This document shows positions 62,822-64,000 of a stretch of 64,000 bases of DNA, piece by piece. Both the position numbers and the translations under genes were made by a program. Below the pieces are notes generated by a model, which was given only the letters and a program-made list of their open reading frames with translations, was not told the DNA's origin and did not search any database. Position 1 is the stretch's first letter, and every line of letters begins with the position of its first letter. The stretch is from an uncultured SAR86 cluster bacterium (lineage in GTDB: Bacteria; Pseudomonadota; Gammaproteobacteria; Magnimaribacterales; D2472): positions 68,062 through 132,061 of the forward strand of contig CACKRJ010000003.1 of the NCBI GenBank assembly GCA_902602595.1, given 5' to 3'.

Positions 62822-62995
62822 CGAATTGATGCATCAAACAATATTCAATATGTAATGGTTACACAAAAAACATTTCTATGCACTTGTTGTTTTTTAGATA
62901 TAGAAAAATGCAATAATAGGCTTGGATGAAATTTTTTATTCATAGATAGCTAATTTCAAATTTTATTAATTTTTATGATAAATTCTTAATCGCCA

Positions 62996-64000
62996 ATGAA
63001 CTTTTTTCAAAATCTACTTTCATCAATAACTAAGAGATCTTTGCTTAAAAGTAGTTATTTTCGCTCAAAAGATTTTGGAGTTCTACATCAAGATATTAAC
63101 AAGGCGCTGGAGTCTGTTATGTCAAAAAGTGGTGAAATTTCATCGCTTGTATTTGCGGAACACCTTTCTAATTTAATTGAAGAGTTGAATGATGAAGAAT
63201 TTATTAAATTCTTTGATACCGTTTTAAAAAAATATGATATTGACAGCCAAGCATTGCTAAAAGCTACTAATGAATATGCAAAAAATAAAACTCAAAATAA
63301 CCTAGAGATCATATCTCAACTTTCTGAGCCTCGATGGAGAGAGTTATTTAGAAGATTAAATACTATATCTGAGGGCACTTTAAAACTTGTGCGCTTAAGA
63401 GAGAGAATAAGGTCTCTTAAAAAAGAGAGTCCAAGCTTACAATTTTTTGATAGAAGCCTGTTGATATTATTTAAGTATTGGTTCAATCCATCATTTTTAG
63501 TTTTAGAGAATATAGACTGGACAACTCCTGCAAATATTTTAGAAAAGATAATTGCTTATGAAGCGGTACATGAAATCAATTCATGGGATGATCTTAGAGC
63601 GCGTTTAGCTCCAAAAGATAGAAAATGCTTTGCTTTTTTTCACCCTCTTATGCCGAATGAACCACTGATCTTTGTTGAAGTTGCCTTAACTAGCAATACT
63701 CCCGAGTCAATAAGTGACATCATAAAAATTGATAGATCAATCATCCTCGATGAGGATATGAATACAGCAGTTTTCTATTCTATTTCCAACTGCCAAGAGG
63801 GCCTTTCAGGTATTTCCTTTGGTAATTTTTTAATTAAGAATGTAGCTAATAAGCTTAAACAGGAAAATGATGGCTTGAAAAAGTTTGTAACACTTTCTCC
63901 AGCTCCAGGCTTTGTAAAATGGCTTAAAGACCAATCTATAGATGAAGATTTAACTGAAGATATGCTTTTTAAGCAAGCTCTAACTTACCTTACTGATTCT
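62996..64000 (+). CDS. Malonyl-CoA decarboxylase (partial; runs off the window end)
   Basis: Hand translation from the ATG at 62996 stays open to 64000 (335 codons). It contains ...YEAVHEINSWDDLRARLAPKDRKCFAFFHPLMPNEPLIFVEVALT...VFYSISNCQEGLSGISFGNFLIK...LSPAPGF. This is the conserved MCD core. It is absent from the ORF track because it has no stop. Confidence 0.85.
   Translation, partial: MNFFQNLLSSITKRSLLKSSYFRSKDFGVLHQDINKALESVMSKSGEISSLVFAEHLSNLIEELNDEEFIKFFDTVLKKYDIDSQALLKATNEYAKNKTQNNLEIISQLSEPRWRELFRRLNTISEGTLKLVRLRERIRSLKKESPSLQFFDRSLLILFKYWFNPSFLVLENIDWTTPANILEKIIAYEAVHEINSWDDLRARLAPKDRKCFAFFHPLMPNEPLIFVEVALTSNTPESISDIIKIDRSIILDEDMNTAVFYSISNCQEGLSGISFGNFLIKNVANKLKQENDGLKKFVTLSPAPGFVKWLKDQSIDEDLTEDMLFKQALTYLTDS

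Noticed and set aside
62822-62995. Possible ZTP (pfl), THF or glycine riboswitches in the leaders of fhs, the metF-like gene and the GcvT-family genes (also 55466-55522 and 56408-56463).
   Set aside because: The leaders are short and A/T-rich. By eye they lack the conserved GC-rich cores of these riboswitch classes. A covariance-model scan (Infernal/Rfam) would be the decisive test.
1-64000. Searched by eye for CRISPR arrays, transposases or IS ends, integrases, prophage genes, toxin-antitoxin pairs, rRNA and other structured ncRNAs.
   Set aside because: None were found. The only repeats I could verify are the 18-nt pairs at 11995/12061 and 26370/27418 and the palindromes listed above. A computational repeat search could reveal more.

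Overview
The window reads as a gene-dense chromosomal segment from a low-GC (mid-30s % by eye, not computed) marine Gammaproteobacterium. The E. coli-like tRNA-Gly, the Xanthomonas-type arginine cluster and the Pseudomonas-like NAD-formate dehydrogenase support that placement. The four TonB-dependent receptors and compact intergenic regions fit a streamlined SAR86-like lifestyle, but that is only a guess. I support about 58 protein-coding genes, one tRNA, and no rRNA, CRISPR array, transposase or integrase.

Main blocks:
- 1-15.1 kb: TonB-dependent receptors with secreted or periplasmic hydrolases and several secreted proteins of unknown function.
- 15.4-25.5 kb: a ten-gene co-directional array, coaBC-panBCD-argF'-argG-argE-argA/B-argC-argH.
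- 25.5-37.4 kb: an accessory-looking mix of small secreted or membrane proteins, a rhodanese, a periplasmic methyltransferase, an RRM protein, a tight SDR / serine hydrolase / S1-P1 nuclease / patatin array, and sulfur-amino-acid genes.
- 37.4-48 kb: putA, a TPR-sulfotransferase and two more TonB-dependent receptors.
- 48.3-62.8 kb: an island for methylated-amine and one-carbon oxidation. It holds a BCCT transporter, a DMGDH-like enzyme, two GcvT/DmdA-like enzymes, a MetF-like reductase, a BBOX/TmpA-like dioxygenase with an HD-domain partner, frmA, NAD-FDH and fhs.
- 62996 to the window end: a partial malonyl-CoA decarboxylase.

Most noteworthy observations:
- An adjacent BBOX-like dioxygenase and small HD-domain protein that match the TmpA/TmpB oxidative C-P cleavage logic, which would feed glycine betaine into the surrounding C1 island.
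- An exact 18-bp direct repeat that brackets a hydrolase gene and duplicates the 3' end of the rhodanese ORF, which looks like an insertion scar.
- An operon of three secreted proteins built from repeated ferredoxin-like modules, downstream of a TonB-dependent receptor and behind a Fur-box-like palindrome.
- A recurrent [GA]-H-H-E motif right after the predicted signal-peptide cleavage site of three otherwise unrelated secreted proteins.

All functional calls rest on motifs read by eye from the ORF translations. No database search was run.
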